Part shown: positions 38,150 to 47,582 of the stretch, piece by piece
How positions within the stretch are numbered: position 1 is the stretch's first letter
Layout of the letters: every line of letters begins with the position of its first letter
Source of the DNA: Thermoanaerobaculia bacterium
Lineage (GTDB): Bacteria; Acidobacteriota; Thermoanaerobaculia; Multivoradales; Multivoraceae
NCBI GenBank assembly: GCA_963666565.1
Contig: OY762911.1
Location: 4,722,145 to 4,786,144, forward strand
Length of the DNA: 64,000 bases
Reading direction: 5' to 3'
Made by a program: the position numbers and the translations under genes
The notes under the pieces: model-generated
Told to the model about the DNA's origin: nothing
The model's database searches: none
Seen by the model: the letters and a program-made list of their open reading frames with translations, nothing else

Positions 38150-38256
38150 GAGCGGCCAGCGTAGCAGTCACCCTCCCGACCGTCGTTCGAGCGCCTGCCC
38201 CGGTGGACGCGGCGCGTCCTCGCGCCGGCTCCCTCCAGAAGACACGCAACCGCCCC

Positions 38257-38306
38257 TTGACATCGAGCACGGCCAGAACAACAATCTGGCCAGCCCAACT
38301 AGCCAG
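38257..38306 (+). promoter_or_regulatory. Toxin-antitoxin promoter with operator palindromes
   Basis: TTGACA at 38257; GGCCAGA-N7-TCTGGCC and TCTGGC..GCCAGA inverted repeats over the -10 region. Confidence 0.6.
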
Positions 38307-38321
38307 ACACTGGAGGCACTC

Positions 38322-38576
38322 ATGTCCGCATGGCAACTGCAGGAAGCGAAGAACCAGTTCAGCGCAGTCGTCGAAGCCGCCCTGACGGGGGAACCCCAAC
38401 GCATAACCCGACGAGGCAAGCCCGCCGTCGTCGTACTCGCGGACGAACAGTACGAACGCCTCCGCCACCTGGAGAAAGCGAAGGCGCCTACGTTCGCCGA
38501 ACACCTCCTCGCAATGCCCCAGGACGACGGAGAGTTCGAACGACTCCAGGTGAAGCCGCGCGATGTCGACTTCTGA
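38322..38576 (+). CDS. Phd/YefM antitoxin
   Basis: WQLQEAKNQFSAVV..A..GEPQRITRRGKPAVVV. Confidence 0.92.
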   Translation: MSAWQLQEAKNQFSAVVEAALTGEPQRITRRGKPAVVVLADEQYERLRHLEKAKAPTFAEHLLAMPQDDGEFERLQVKPRDVDF

Positions 38577-38986
38577 TGTACCTCCTCGACACCAACGTGC
38601 TGTCGGCCTTGCGCCGAAGGCAACGCCACGCCCAGGTCATGCGTTGGGTGTCGACACAGAGAAGCAGCGATCTCCATGTGAGCGTCATCTCACTCGGCGA
38701 GATCGAGCGAGGCATCGCCCGAGCCAGGCGCCATGACGCCAGGTTCGCCGCCCTGCTCGCCCAATGGCTGGACGACACGATCAACCTCTACGCCGGCCGC
38801 ATCCTCCCGATCGACCTCGGAGCCGCAAGGCGCTGGGGTCTCCTCTCGCAGGCGCTCGGCAATCAGGACGCCGATCTTCTCCTCGCCGCCACGGCGCTCG
38901 AACACGGCCTGACGGTCGTCACCCGCAACGTGCGGCACTTCGAGCCGACGGGCGTGCCCGTACTGAATCCGTTCGACGCTCCATAG
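38576..38986 (+). CDS. vapC: PIN-domain toxin
   Basis: YLLDTNVLS, GEIERG and DLLLAATALEHGLTVVTRN motifs; TGATG overlap with the antitoxin. Confidence 0.92.
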   Translation: MYLLDTNVLSALRRRQRHAQVMRWVSTQRSSDLHVSVISLGEIERGIARARRHDARFAALLAQWLDDTINLYAGRILPIDLGAARRWGLLSQALGNQDADLLLAATALEHGLTVVTRNVRHFEPTGVPVLNPFDAP

Positions 38987-39028
38987 CGCCACCGCGGCGC
39001 ATCGGCTCCGGCGCCAGTTCCATGCGAG

Positions 39029-39601
39029 TCACTCCAAGGCGAAAAGGACCCTCAGCGCCGCGTCCAGTGTCGATGCACGGGCGTCGAGAGCAACCAGCCG
39101 ACCCTCCCGGTCGAACAGCAGGGAGCGCGGCGGATACTCCACATGGAAGCGCCGGGCAACGGCGCCGGCCGCGCCGAGGCCGTCGTGGAGGACGGGCCAC
39201 GCGATGTTCTGGCGGCGGGCGAAGCTCCGCAGGTCGCTGCGCGAGGAGCGGTCGAGCGAGACGGAGAGGATGACAAGCCCCCGCTCGCCGTAGGCTGCCC
39301 GCGCCCGTTCGAGATGAGGGAAGTCGGCGAGGCAGGGAGCGCACCAGGTCGCCCAGAAGTCGAGCAGGACGACGCGACCCTCAAAGTCGGCCGCGGTCCA
39401 CGTCCGGCCGTCGAGATCCCGGACCGCGAGATCCGCCCAAAGGTCGGCAAGCCGCACGCCGTGATTCTCCGGAGCTTCCGGCACGTCGGCCCTCGCCGGC
39501 GCCGGCCCCTCATCCGCCACGACCGCCGGCGGCACGCACAACGCGAGCGTCAGCACCGACGCCGGAACCGCCCGCGATGGAGCGAACGCAAATCTCCGCA
39601 C
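39029..39601 (-). CDS. TlpA-like thioredoxin-fold disulfide reductase
   Basis: LLDFWATWCAPC; signal peptide. Confidence 0.88.
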   Translation of the reverse strand: MRRFAFAPSRAVPASVLTLALCVPPAVVADEGPAPARADVPEAPENHGVRLADLWADLAVRDLDGRTWTAADFEGRVVLLDFWATWCAPCLADFPHLERARAAYGERGLVILSVSLDRSSRSDLRSFARRQNIAWPVLHDGLGAAGAVARRFHVEYPPRSLLFDREGRLVALDARASTLDAALRVLFALE

Positions 39602-39603
39602 GG

Positions 39604-41913
39604 CTACAGGTCCACCCTGACGCCGACGACCACGCTGCGCGGGAACCGCGGTCCATGGACGTAGCCGGCATCCCGCAGCGGCCCCCGGTCCAGGTCCCGC
39701 TGGTACTCGTCCGTCAGGTTCCTCAACGCAACGGTGGCGGTGATCCGGCGGTCGCCGCCCAGAGCGAACCGGCGCGACAGGCCGAGATCCCACGTCAGAA
39801 AGCCCGGCGTAACTTCGAGCCGGTCCTCGGCGATGTAACCCGCGTAGTGAGGCGCCAGCATGGAGCCCGTGTAGCGGAGCCCGGCGAACAGGTCGAACCC
39901 TCGCGGCAGCGCCCACTGCACGCTGGCCGTGCCGTACTTCTCGGGAGTCCGGAACATCGTCGTGCTGCCGAAGTCCGGCTCGGCGACGCCGAACTCCGCC
40001 CGCTGCCAGGCGTAACCCGCGTCCACCGTCAGGCCGCCATGCCGGAGTCCCCAACCCAACTCCAGGCCGCGCACCCGCGCGCGGCCGAAGTTCGCGCGCA
40101 CGAACTCGAGTTCCGGCGTCCCCGGCTCGTCGGCCTCCAGCCTGTGGAACAGGTCGTCGATCCGGGTGTCGAAGAAGGTCGAGTCGACCGCCATCGCCGT
40201 GCGCCGTCCCACCATCGGCCGCCACTCGATACCGACCATCCGCGCCGCCGACGTCTCCTCGCGCAGCGCGGGATCGTCGCGCACGACCATCGCCTTGCCG
40301 CCCAGGAGGGCAATGTGCAGGTCCTCGTCGAACGCAGCGGGCGGCCGGAAGCCGGCGCTGTGGGAAGCGCGCAGCGTCAGGTCGCTCCGGGGGGTCCACA
40401 TCAGGGCGGCCCGGGGCGAAACGATCGACCCGTCGACCGCGCTGTGGCGGTCGACCCGCGCTCCGTAGAGCAGCGTCACGCGGTCGCCGATCCGGCGATC
40501 GTCCTGGACGAAACCCGAGACGCTCCGGTACGTCTCCCGGATCATGCGGCGGTAAGCCGGTTGCCGGTCGTCGATCAGGTCGCTCGCGGCCTGGATGCCG
40601 AAGCTCACCGTGCCCCGGGCGCCGCCGCGGTTGACGTGGGAATCGAAGACCCGGAGGGGGTTGCGGGTCGCGCCGAACGCGCCCGGGTCCCCTCCGGCGC
40701 CGTAGTAACTGGCGCGTTCGGCAGCGGCGTGGGAAACGGTGGCGCGCCAGTCCCAGAGGGGCGACGCGGTGTGCAGCCAGGACACGCTGGCGCCGCGCCG
40801 GCTGGAGTCCAACTGCTCGGCGACCTCGACCTGCTCCGGCGGCAGGCGCAGCCGGTCGCCGCCGCGCCTGAACTCCGACATGTGGCTGACTTCCACCGCG
40901 AGTCTCGCCGAGCCGTCGCGGAAGAACTCGTGGTAGCGAACGCCGAACGCGTCGAGATCGCGGATCGACACGTCGCTGAAGCCGTCGCCGTCCACGTCGA
41001 CCGGCGCCACCCGGTCGGCCTGACCGTGCAACGTGGCGGCGCGCCTGGCCCCCGGGGTCCAGTCCGCCACGAGGCTGTAGGACGGCGTCACGGCGGCGCC
41101 GACCGCGCCCTCCATCCTCTCCGAGCGCGCGTCCGCCTCGACGTGGGTGTGGTCCGGATGGTGAGGGATCAGGTTGATCACTCCCGCGACGGCGCCGGCG
41201 CCGTAGGCCGGCGAACCGCCACCCTTGACCACCTCGATGCTGTCGATCAGCCGTGCCGGCAGTTGCTCGATGCCGTAGACCATTGCCAGCGACGACAGGG
41301 TCGGCTGACCGTCGACCAGAAGTTGCGAGTACGGCCCCTCGAGCCCGAGCATCCGAATCTGGGAGGCATTGCAGGTCTGGCAGGTGGACTCCACCCGCAC
41401 CCCGCGGGTCCACTCGACGGCGTCGGCCAAGGTGCGCGCGGCGACGCTCTCGATTCGCGAGCGCGGCATAGTCTCCATGTGGAGCGGCACGTCGGCCAGC
41501 CGCTTCTCCGTCCGCGTCGCGGTCACCACCGTCTCCTCGCCGAACGCGGCGCGAAGCCGGACGTCGATCTCGACCGGTTCTCCGTCCTCCAGCCGGACCT
41601 GGCGCTCGGCCAGACCGTAACCGTACGCGTAGACGACGAGCCTGTGCTCGCCCGGTTCCGCCGGGACGAGACAGAAACGGCCGCGCTCGTCCGTCGCCAC
41701 GGTTCGCGAGGAACCCGTCAACGTGACCGCGGCGCCCACCACAGGTTCACCGGTAAGGGAGCGCACCGTGCCGTGCACTCCGGCATCCGCCGGACATCCG
41801 GCCGCTCTTGCCTGACCCGCGGCCAGGATCGCGAGGATCGTCCACAGGCCAATGGCCGGGGCGCCGATGCGAAACGGCTTGCCGCGCTTTTTTCTCGGCG
41901 TTTCCACGGCCAC
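39604..41913 (-). CDS. TonB-dependent receptor with CxxC in the plug (probable metal uptake); start uncertain
   Basis: VVTATRTE, ESTCQTCNASQIRMLGL and IEVVKGGGS..YG..A.AGVINLI motifs. Confidence 0.9.
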   Translation of the reverse strand: MAVETPRKKRGKPFRIGAPAIGLWTILAILAAGQARAAGCPADAGVHGTVRSLTGEPVVGAAVTLTGSSRTVATDERGRFCLVPAEPGEHRLVVYAYGYGLAERQVRLEDGEPVEIDVRLRAAFGEETVVTATRTEKRLADVPLHMETMPRSRIESVAARTLADAVEWTRGVRVESTCQTCNASQIRMLGLEGPYSQLLVDGQPTLSSLAMVYGIEQLPARLIDSIEVVKGGGSPAYGAGAVAGVINLIPHHPDHTHVEADARSERMEGAVGAAVTPSYSLVADWTPGARRAATLHGQADRVAPVDVDGDGFSDVSIRDLDAFGVRYHEFFRDGSARLAVEVSHMSEFRRGGDRLRLPPEQVEVAEQLDSSRRGASVSWLHTASPLWDWRATVSHAAAERASYYGAGGDPGAFGATRNPLRVFDSHVNRGGARGTVSFGIQAASDLIDDRQPAYRRMIRETYRSVSGFVQDDRRIGDRVTLLYGARVDRHSAVDGSIVSPRAALMWTPRSDLTLRASHSAGFRPPAAFDEDLHIALLGGKAMVVRDDPALREETSAARMVGIEWRPMVGRRTAMAVDSTFFDTRIDDLFHRLEADEPGTPELEFVRANFGRARVRGLELGWGLRHGGLTVDAGYAWQRAEFGVAEPDFGSTTMFRTPEKYGTASVQWALPRGFDLFAGLRYTGSMLAPHYAGYIAEDRLEVTPGFLTWDLGLSRRFALGGDRRITATVALRNLTDEYQRDLDRGPLRDAGYVHGPRFPRSVVVGVRVDL

Positions 41914-41914
41914 G

Positions 41915-41945
41915 AATACTATTTTTCGTGATGACTAAAAGTCAA
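41915..41945 (-). promoter_or_regulatory. Promoter TTGACT-N18-TAGTAT with AT-rich operator TTTTAGT-N4-ACGAAAA in the spacer
   Basis: AT-rich patch in GC-rich DNA; near-palindrome resembling DtxR/MntR-type boxes. Confidence 0.55.
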
Positions 41946-42076
41946 CCCGTGGCACGGGAGGAACCCGGCCGTCCCCGTCAGGACACGAGGAGTGCGAACG
42001 ACCGCCGCTCAGGCCGGGCGCGGCCGACCTTCGACGCAGCCGGCCGGAACCCACCTGTCGCCGGCCGTTCCCCGGA

Positions 42077-42451
42077 TCAGCCGGCCGACATCTTGAAGAA
42101 GCAGAGCTTGTTGCCGTCGAGATCCCGGACGTAGGCGCCGTAGAAGGTGGGCATCCGCGATCCCGGCTCTCCCTCGTCGGTACCGCCCAACTCGATCGCC
42201 TTGGCGTGGAGCGAGTCGACCTGCTCTTCCGAGCCCGCGGGGATCGCCACCATGTTGCCGTTCCCCGGAACCTGCGGTTCCTCGTTGTAGGGGATGCAGA
42301 TGGCGAGCATCGGCTGTCCGGGCGCGACGCCATAGCCCTTGATGCGGCCCATGTCGAACATGGTCTTCGCGCCCAGCTCGCCCAGCAGCGCGTCGTAGAA
42401 CGCCGTCGCCCGGTCCATGTCGTTCACGCCGATCGTGCAGTAACCCAGCAT
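42077..42451 (-). CDS. VOC/glyoxalase family protein
   Basis: IGVND..RA..FYD, GNG.MVA and YGAYVRDLDGNKL motifs. Confidence 0.9.
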   Translation of the reverse strand: MLGYCTIGVNDMDRATAFYDALLGELGAKTMFDMGRIKGYGVAPGQPMLAICIPYNEEPQVPGNGNMVAIPAGSEEQVDSLHAKAIELGGTDEGEPGSRMPTFYGAYVRDLDGNKLCFFKMSAG

Positions 42452-42544
42452 TGGAAGCCTCCAGGAAGAACGCGCCGTCGAGGAGCGACGGGGCGCGCCG
42501 GAAGATAGCAGCCGAACGCGGCCGGTGCGCCGGCCGCCGGCGGC

Positions 42545-43600
42545 TCAGCTCTCGTCGTCTTCGTCTTCGATCAGGTCGGCCCGCCGGAGGTCGAGCTTCT
42601 CGCCGGTGAAACTGTCCAGCTTGTAGACCCAGGAGCCGTGGTAGTCGTTGAAGTCCCGCATCTCCTCCGCGCGGGTCAGGATGTCCGCCTTCTCCTGGAG
42701 TTCCTCGTCGGGCGTGTCCCGCTCGATCTCGACCTGCTGCACGGTGTGGTAGCCGCCGATGCGGATGTAGCGGTCGTCCTCGCGGCCGGCGACCGCGACG
42801 ACGTAACCCGAACCGTCGTCCAGTTCGTACCGGAACTCGTCGTCGAAGGACAGATCGGCCACTTCCCCGGAGTCGAGGAGATGGACCTCGGAGAACCGCA
42901 GCCGGGACAGGAAGTTCCTGACCCGTCCGGCCTCGCTCGTCTTCTCGCGGCGCCCGGCCGGCACGCGTTCGAGCGCGAGTTCCGCGTCCTCCTCGCCGGC
43001 CTTGCCGAAGGTGAAGTCGGGGCCCTCGATGCGGACCACGTCGCCCGAGGCGACGTCGACGATCTCCTTCTGGAGGAACTGGTCGGCCCCGCTGTCGATC
43101 AGCACGGTCGCCTCGGTGAGGTAGATCGGATCGTCCTCGCCGTCGAGGCGCCGCACGTAGTTGCCGCTGCCGTCGGCGAACCGGTCGCCGACCCGCAGCC
43201 GGACCATGTCGCTGCCGGCCGCGTTCCTGAGCGCCACCTCCACCGTGTCCTCGCCCGGCGGCTCGATGCCGAGTTCGGCGGCCAGGCTCTCGCCGGCGCC
43301 GACCTCCTTGGCCAGCTCGATGTCGAGCAGGTTGCGCACCAGCCGGTTCACGCCCTCGTTCCTGGCCCGGTAGTCGTGAGCCTCCTCCACGACGTACCGG
43401 TCGCCTTCCCGGGTCAGGGTCACCTGCTCGCCGCCCTGGATCACCTCGACCTGCGCGATCTCGTCCGGGTTCAGGTTGGGCAGGAACTTCTGGCCGCTCT
43501 CGAAGCGCTCGGCGCGCGACACGCTGTTCCAGTAGCTGAAGAGGCTCAGGGCGAGCAGCACCGCCGCGGCCCCCGCCAGTCGCTGGTTCATCTGGTTCAT
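42545..43600 (-). CDS. DUF4340 domain protein
   Basis: N-terminal anchor; position downstream of a GldG-like gene. Confidence 0.7.
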   Translation of the reverse strand: MNQMNQRLAGAAAVLLALSLFSYWNSVSRAERFESGQKFLPNLNPDEIAQVEVIQGGEQVTLTREGDRYVVEEAHDYRARNEGVNRLVRNLLDIELAKEVGAGESLAAELGIEPPGEDTVEVALRNAAGSDMVRLRVGDRFADGSGNYVRRLDGEDDPIYLTEATVLIDSGADQFLQKEIVDVASGDVVRIEGPDFTFGKAGEEDAELALERVPAGRREKTSEAGRVRNFLSRLRFSEVHLLDSGEVADLSFDDEFRYELDDGSGYVVAVAGREDDRYIRIGGYHTVQQVEIERDTPDEELQEKADILTRAEEMRDFNDYHGSWVYKLDSFTGEKLDLRRADLIEDEDDES

Positions 43601-43625
43601 GCCGGTTGACTCCCTCGATCTTCGG

Positions 43626-45740
43626 TCAGCGCCGGCGGGCGCGGTACAGGCCGACCAGCAGCACGACGATCGGCATCCAGCCGATCACCGCGAACCGCAC
43701 CATCGACTCCTCGCGCTCCAGCGCCTCGCGCCGTCCCTTGCGGATGTCCCGGAGCTCCCGGTTCGCCTCCAGGATCCGCTCGTTCAGTTCGTCGACCTCT
43801 TCCTGCAGTTGCCGCTCGAAGAGCGCGGCGTTGCGCTGGGTGATCTCGCCCTGCTTCTCGCGCAGCTCCTCCTGGAAGCTCTCGATCTCCTCGCGGATCT
43901 GCCGCTCGCGGTCGAGCGTGTCGAGCTCCGCCTGAGCCTCGATCTCGTCGAAGCGGAGGAACGGGCGGCTCATGCCGCTCTTCGCCCGGACCGCCATCAG
44001 GTCCCGGGAACCCAGGAGGTAGTCGATGCCGTTGAGGACGACCTTGTGGTTGTCGTTCTGGGCCTGGACGATCCCGAACGGGTTCTGCAGGAAGGCGATC
44101 TGGTCGTGGACGAAGTCGACGTCCGCGAAGACGACCACCGCCGCCTCGCCCCGTTCCTCCTCCGGCAGCGGATCGCGGTGGACGATCTGCGCGTCGTCGG
44201 GGGGCGGCACCTCGATTTCCGGCGGCAGGTTCGGCGGCCGCACCGCCTCCTTGTCGGGGTAGTCCACACCGTCCGGGAAGGCGGTCGGCAGCTTGCCGCG
44301 CACGACGTACGCGAGGACCAGGGGCTCTTCGCCCGGCGTGAACGCGTCGCGGAGCCTGGCGCCGTCGTTCAGGTCGGTGTAGGCGAGAGCGTCGCCGCCG
44401 CCGAAGCCGGGCAGCACCTCGAGCGTGTTGCCGGCGGCCGTGGTCGAGATCAGGGGACGGCGTTCGATGGCCGCGACCTGTTCGGCGGCTGCCGGTTCGT
44501 CTTCGCCATCCTCCCCGGCGCCGGCGGCGTCCGCCGCCGCCTCGCTCTCGACCTCCCGCAACACGCCGGACAGGAAGAAGCGCAGCTCGGACAGGCCGCG
44601 CAGCATGGGGCTCTCCCCGTCCAGCACGTCGTCGTGCAGGGTCGAATCGACCACCAGGTCGATGAGCACGGACTCCGACGCGCCGAACTGGCTCATCGGC
44701 CGCCGGGCGGCAAGCTCGAAGTCGGCCGCGAACTCGTTCTCCAGGAGTTCCAGGCCCCAGGCGTCGAGCAACGGCGCGAGGTTCGAGGCCGGCTGGTACT
44801 GCAGCGCCGCCCAGGGCTGCTGCGGATTCTGGGGCGGCGTGTCGCCGAGCGCGTAGGGGTCCAGGAAGATCAGCGTGTTGCCGCCCCCGGCCACCCACTG
44901 GTCGATCGCGAAGACGGTCTTGTCCGGCAGCGCCTTCGGGTGGACGACGACCAGCAGGTCGTACTCGTCGCGCGAAATGTCGTCGACGTCGGCCGCGACC
45001 TGGGAGACGTCGTAGAGCTCCTCCAGGACCTGGACGAGGATCCACTTCTGCGAGGGCGTCCGTCCCTGGGCGGCCAGCATCTGGGCCATGATCGGATCCT
45101 GGCCGCCGCCGAAGACCTCCAGGCTCGACAGCACACCCACGCGCTGCCGCGTCGGCCACAGCAGGCCGTGGATCTTCTTCGAGATCTCGTACTCGACGTT
45201 CTGCTGCTCCTGCGGCCACAGGAACTCGATCGTCTCCCGGCTGCCGGTCTGGGTCTCGAAGGCGAGGCCGAAGTAGAAGAGATCGCCGTTCTGGTTGATC
45301 AGCTTCCCGTCCAGCCCGTCCTCGGCGGCCCGGTCGGCGTCGTCGCTGTCGGGGATCGGGTCGATCCACTCGATCCGGATCTTCCCCGCCGCGGCCCGCT
45401 CGTACTCGCCGAGCAGGCTGCGGAGGTAGCGCTCGTAGCCGATGAAGTCCTTGACGAACTTCGGCAGCGTCTTGCCCGTGGTCTCGGAGAAGTAGAGCCG
45501 GATGTCCAGCGGCTTCACTCCTTCCTCCTGGATGCGGTCGAGGATCGCGTGGGTGCCGTCCGTCAGGGAGTAGAGGTCGTCGCCGGTCAGGTCGACGCGG
45601 AGCCCCTCGGCCCACTCGTTCGCCAGGTGGATGGAGAGCACGGTCACGAGCCCGATCAGGGCCAGGGTCAGGATCGGACTCCGGGCCGCCGTCAGGCCGC
45701 GCCCGCCGGCATCCGGTTTCATCCTCGGTTCGTCAGTCAT
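43626..45740 (-). CDS. GldG-like ABC transporter auxiliary component
   Basis: VDLT.D.LYSLTDGT, EYEIS and VFADVDF motifs; N- and C-terminal membrane helices. Confidence 0.85.
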   Translation of the reverse strand: MTDEPRMKPDAGGRGLTAARSPILTLALIGLVTVLSIHLANEWAEGLRVDLTGDDLYSLTDGTHAILDRIQEEGVKPLDIRLYFSETTGKTLPKFVKDFIGYERYLRSLLGEYERAAAGKIRIEWIDPIPDSDDADRAAEDGLDGKLINQNGDLFYFGLAFETQTGSRETIEFLWPQEQQNVEYEISKKIHGLLWPTRQRVGVLSSLEVFGGGQDPIMAQMLAAQGRTPSQKWILVQVLEELYDVSQVAADVDDISRDEYDLLVVVHPKALPDKTVFAIDQWVAGGGNTLIFLDPYALGDTPPQNPQQPWAALQYQPASNLAPLLDAWGLELLENEFAADFELAARRPMSQFGASESVLIDLVVDSTLHDDVLDGESPMLRGLSELRFFLSGVLREVESEAAADAAGAGEDGEDEPAAAEQVAAIERRPLISTTAAGNTLEVLPGFGGGDALAYTDLNDGARLRDAFTPGEEPLVLAYVVRGKLPTAFPDGVDYPDKEAVRPPNLPPEIEVPPPDDAQIVHRDPLPEEERGEAAVVVFADVDFVHDQIAFLQNPFGIVQAQNDNHKVVLNGIDYLLGSRDLMAVRAKSGMSRPFLRFDEIEAQAELDTLDRERQIREEIESFQEELREKQGEITQRNAALFERQLQEEVDELNERILEANRELRDIRKGRREALEREESMVRFAVIGWMPIVVLLVGLYRARRR

Positions 45741-45760
45741 CTGCCAGCCACCTCAGGACA

Positions 45761-46522
45761 CTAGTTCGTCTTCGTCTGGCTGAGCACCAGCATGCCGCAG
45801 ATCAGCCAGCCGACGGTGAACAACACGAAGAACAGCAGCGAGTTCAACTGCAACAGACCCCGGGTCAGGGTCTCGAAGTGGTCGAGCAGGCTGAGCGACG
45901 AGACGACCCGCTCGACGTAGCCGCCGAACCACTTGCCGACGAACTCCCGGGTCTGCGGCACGCCGATCAGCAGGAAACCGACCGAAGCCGCCACCGCCAG
46001 GATGAACGCGACCACCTGGTTCTTCGACAGGGCGGAGAACAGGAGCCCGATCGCCAGCAGAACCGCGGCCGCCAGCAGCGTCGCGACGTAGCTCGCGAAG
46101 ATGGCGCCCCAGTCCGGGTCGCCGAGCCGGGCCACCTGGAACACCGCCGGCCAGGTCAGGAACACGGACACGGCCAGGAAGGCCCAACCGGCCAGGAACT
46201 TGCCGAGATAGGAACCCTCCAGCGTGATCGGCAGGGTGAGCAGGAGCTCGACCGTGCCGGACCGGCGCTCCTCGGCCCAGAGTCTCATCGCGACCGCCGG
46301 CACCAGGACGACGAAGATCCACGGCAGGTAGCTGAAGAGCGCGTCGAGGTTCGCCTCGCGCATCTCCAGGAAGCGGCCGAAGTCGCGCGACACCATCAGG
46401 TAGCCGCTGGCGATCAGGAAGATGACGATGAAGATGTAGCCGAGCGGCGAGGCGAAGTAGCCGTGGAACTCCCGCCTCAGCACCGCTCTCATGCCGGTGA
46501 ACCGGCGCGCCAGGCCGCTCAT
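45761..46522 (-). CDS. GldF-like ABC permease
   Basis: RREF.GYFASPLGY and MRLWAEERRSGTVELLLTLP motifs. Confidence 0.9.
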   Translation of the reverse strand: MSGLARRFTGMRAVLRREFHGYFASPLGYIFIVIFLIASGYLMVSRDFGRFLEMREANLDALFSYLPWIFVVLVPAVAMRLWAEERRSGTVELLLTLPITLEGSYLGKFLAGWAFLAVSVFLTWPAVFQVARLGDPDWGAIFASYVATLLAAAVLLAIGLLFSALSKNQVVAFILAVAASVGFLLIGVPQTREFVGKWFGGYVERVVSSLSLLDHFETLTRGLLQLNSLLFFVLFTVGWLICGMLVLSQTKTN

Positions 46523-47457
46523 GCCGCCACTCCTCTCGTCACCTCACGGAAGAGATCGTCCAGCCGGCCTTCCCGCACCCTCGCGTCCGCGACCCGGTGC
46601 TCGCCGACCGCGGCCAGCACGTCGTTCAGCCGGTTCTCGCCGTCCCTCGGTTCGGCCTCGACCTCGCCGCTCGGCAGCACGCGGGCCGCGGCGCACCAAT
46701 CGGCGGCTGCCAGCGTCTCCGCCGCCTCTGCCGCGTCGCCCTCGGTAAGCCGGAAGCGGACGGCGTTGTGCCCCGGCGCCCGGGCCACCAGGGCCTCCGG
46801 CGTCGAGTCGACCAGGATGCGCCCCTCCGAGAGGATCACGGCCCGGTTGCACACCCGTTCCGCCTCGTCGAGGATGTGGGTCGAGAGGACGATGCAGCGG
46901 TCCGGGGACAGGCTCGAGATCAGGTCCTGGACGACGGCCTTCTGGTTCGGATCGAGGCCGTCCGTCGGCTCGTCCAGGATCAGCACGTCCGGATCGTGGA
47001 TCAGCGCCTGCGCGAGGCCGACGCGGCGCTTGTAGCCCTTGGACAGGGTTTCGATCGTCTGCGCCCGCACGCTCCGCAGGTGCGCCGTCTCGAGCACCGT
47101 CTCGATCGCCTCGTCCGCCGCTTCGAGCTCCCGGACCTCGGCGATGAACCGCAGGAAGGCCTCGACGGTCATCTCGCCGTAGGCGGGAGCGTCCTCCGGC
47201 AGGTAGCCGATCCGCCGGCTGACGGCGAGCCGGTCCGCGGCGACGTCGATGCCGGCGACCTCGATGGAACCCCGGTCCGGCTCGAGGAAGCCGGTGATCA
47301 TCTTCATCGCCGTCGTCTTGCCGGCGCCGTTCGGGCCGAGGAACGCGAGCACGTCGCCGCGGCGCACCTCGAAGCCGATGCCGTCGACGGCGCGAATCGG
47401 GCCGTAGTGCTTGGTCAGGTCGCTTACCGCGATCAGGACTTCGCCATCTTCGCTCAC
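46519..47457 (-). CDS. GldA-like ABC ATP-binding protein
   Basis: GPNGAGKTT, LSKGYKRRVG and LDEPTDGLDP motifs. Confidence 0.92.
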   Translation of the reverse strand: MSEDGEVLIAVSDLTKHYGPIRAVDGIGFEVRRGDVLAFLGPNGAGKTTAMKMITGFLEPDRGSIEVAGIDVAADRLAVSRRIGYLPEDAPAYGEMTVEAFLRFIAEVRELEAADEAIETVLETAHLRSVRAQTIETLSKGYKRRVGLAQALIHDPDVLILDEPTDGLDPNQKAVVQDLISSLSPDRCIVLSTHILDEAERVCNRAVILSEGRILVDSTPEALVARAPGHNAVRFRLTEGDAAEAAETLAAADWCAAARVLPSGEVEAEPRDGENRLNDVLAAVGEHRVADARVREGRLDDLFREVTRGVAA

Positions 47458-47582
47458 TCTTGTCGTTCTCCGTGGACAGTTGACGACTGCGCGCCGGGCC
47501 ATTGGGCCCGCGGGATCTCAGCACAGCCATGCCAGCGAACGCAAGATCCCCGCCAGGGCGGGATCGAGGCTCGTGCCCTCCG

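Noticed and set aside
38322-38986. Toxin-antitoxin pair as a novel defence system
   Set aside because: Ordinary Phd/VapC module with no associated unusual genes
42545-47457. Gliding motility locus
   Set aside because: GldAFG-like ABC modules with DUF4340 are widespread in non-gliding bacteria; no other gld/spr genes here
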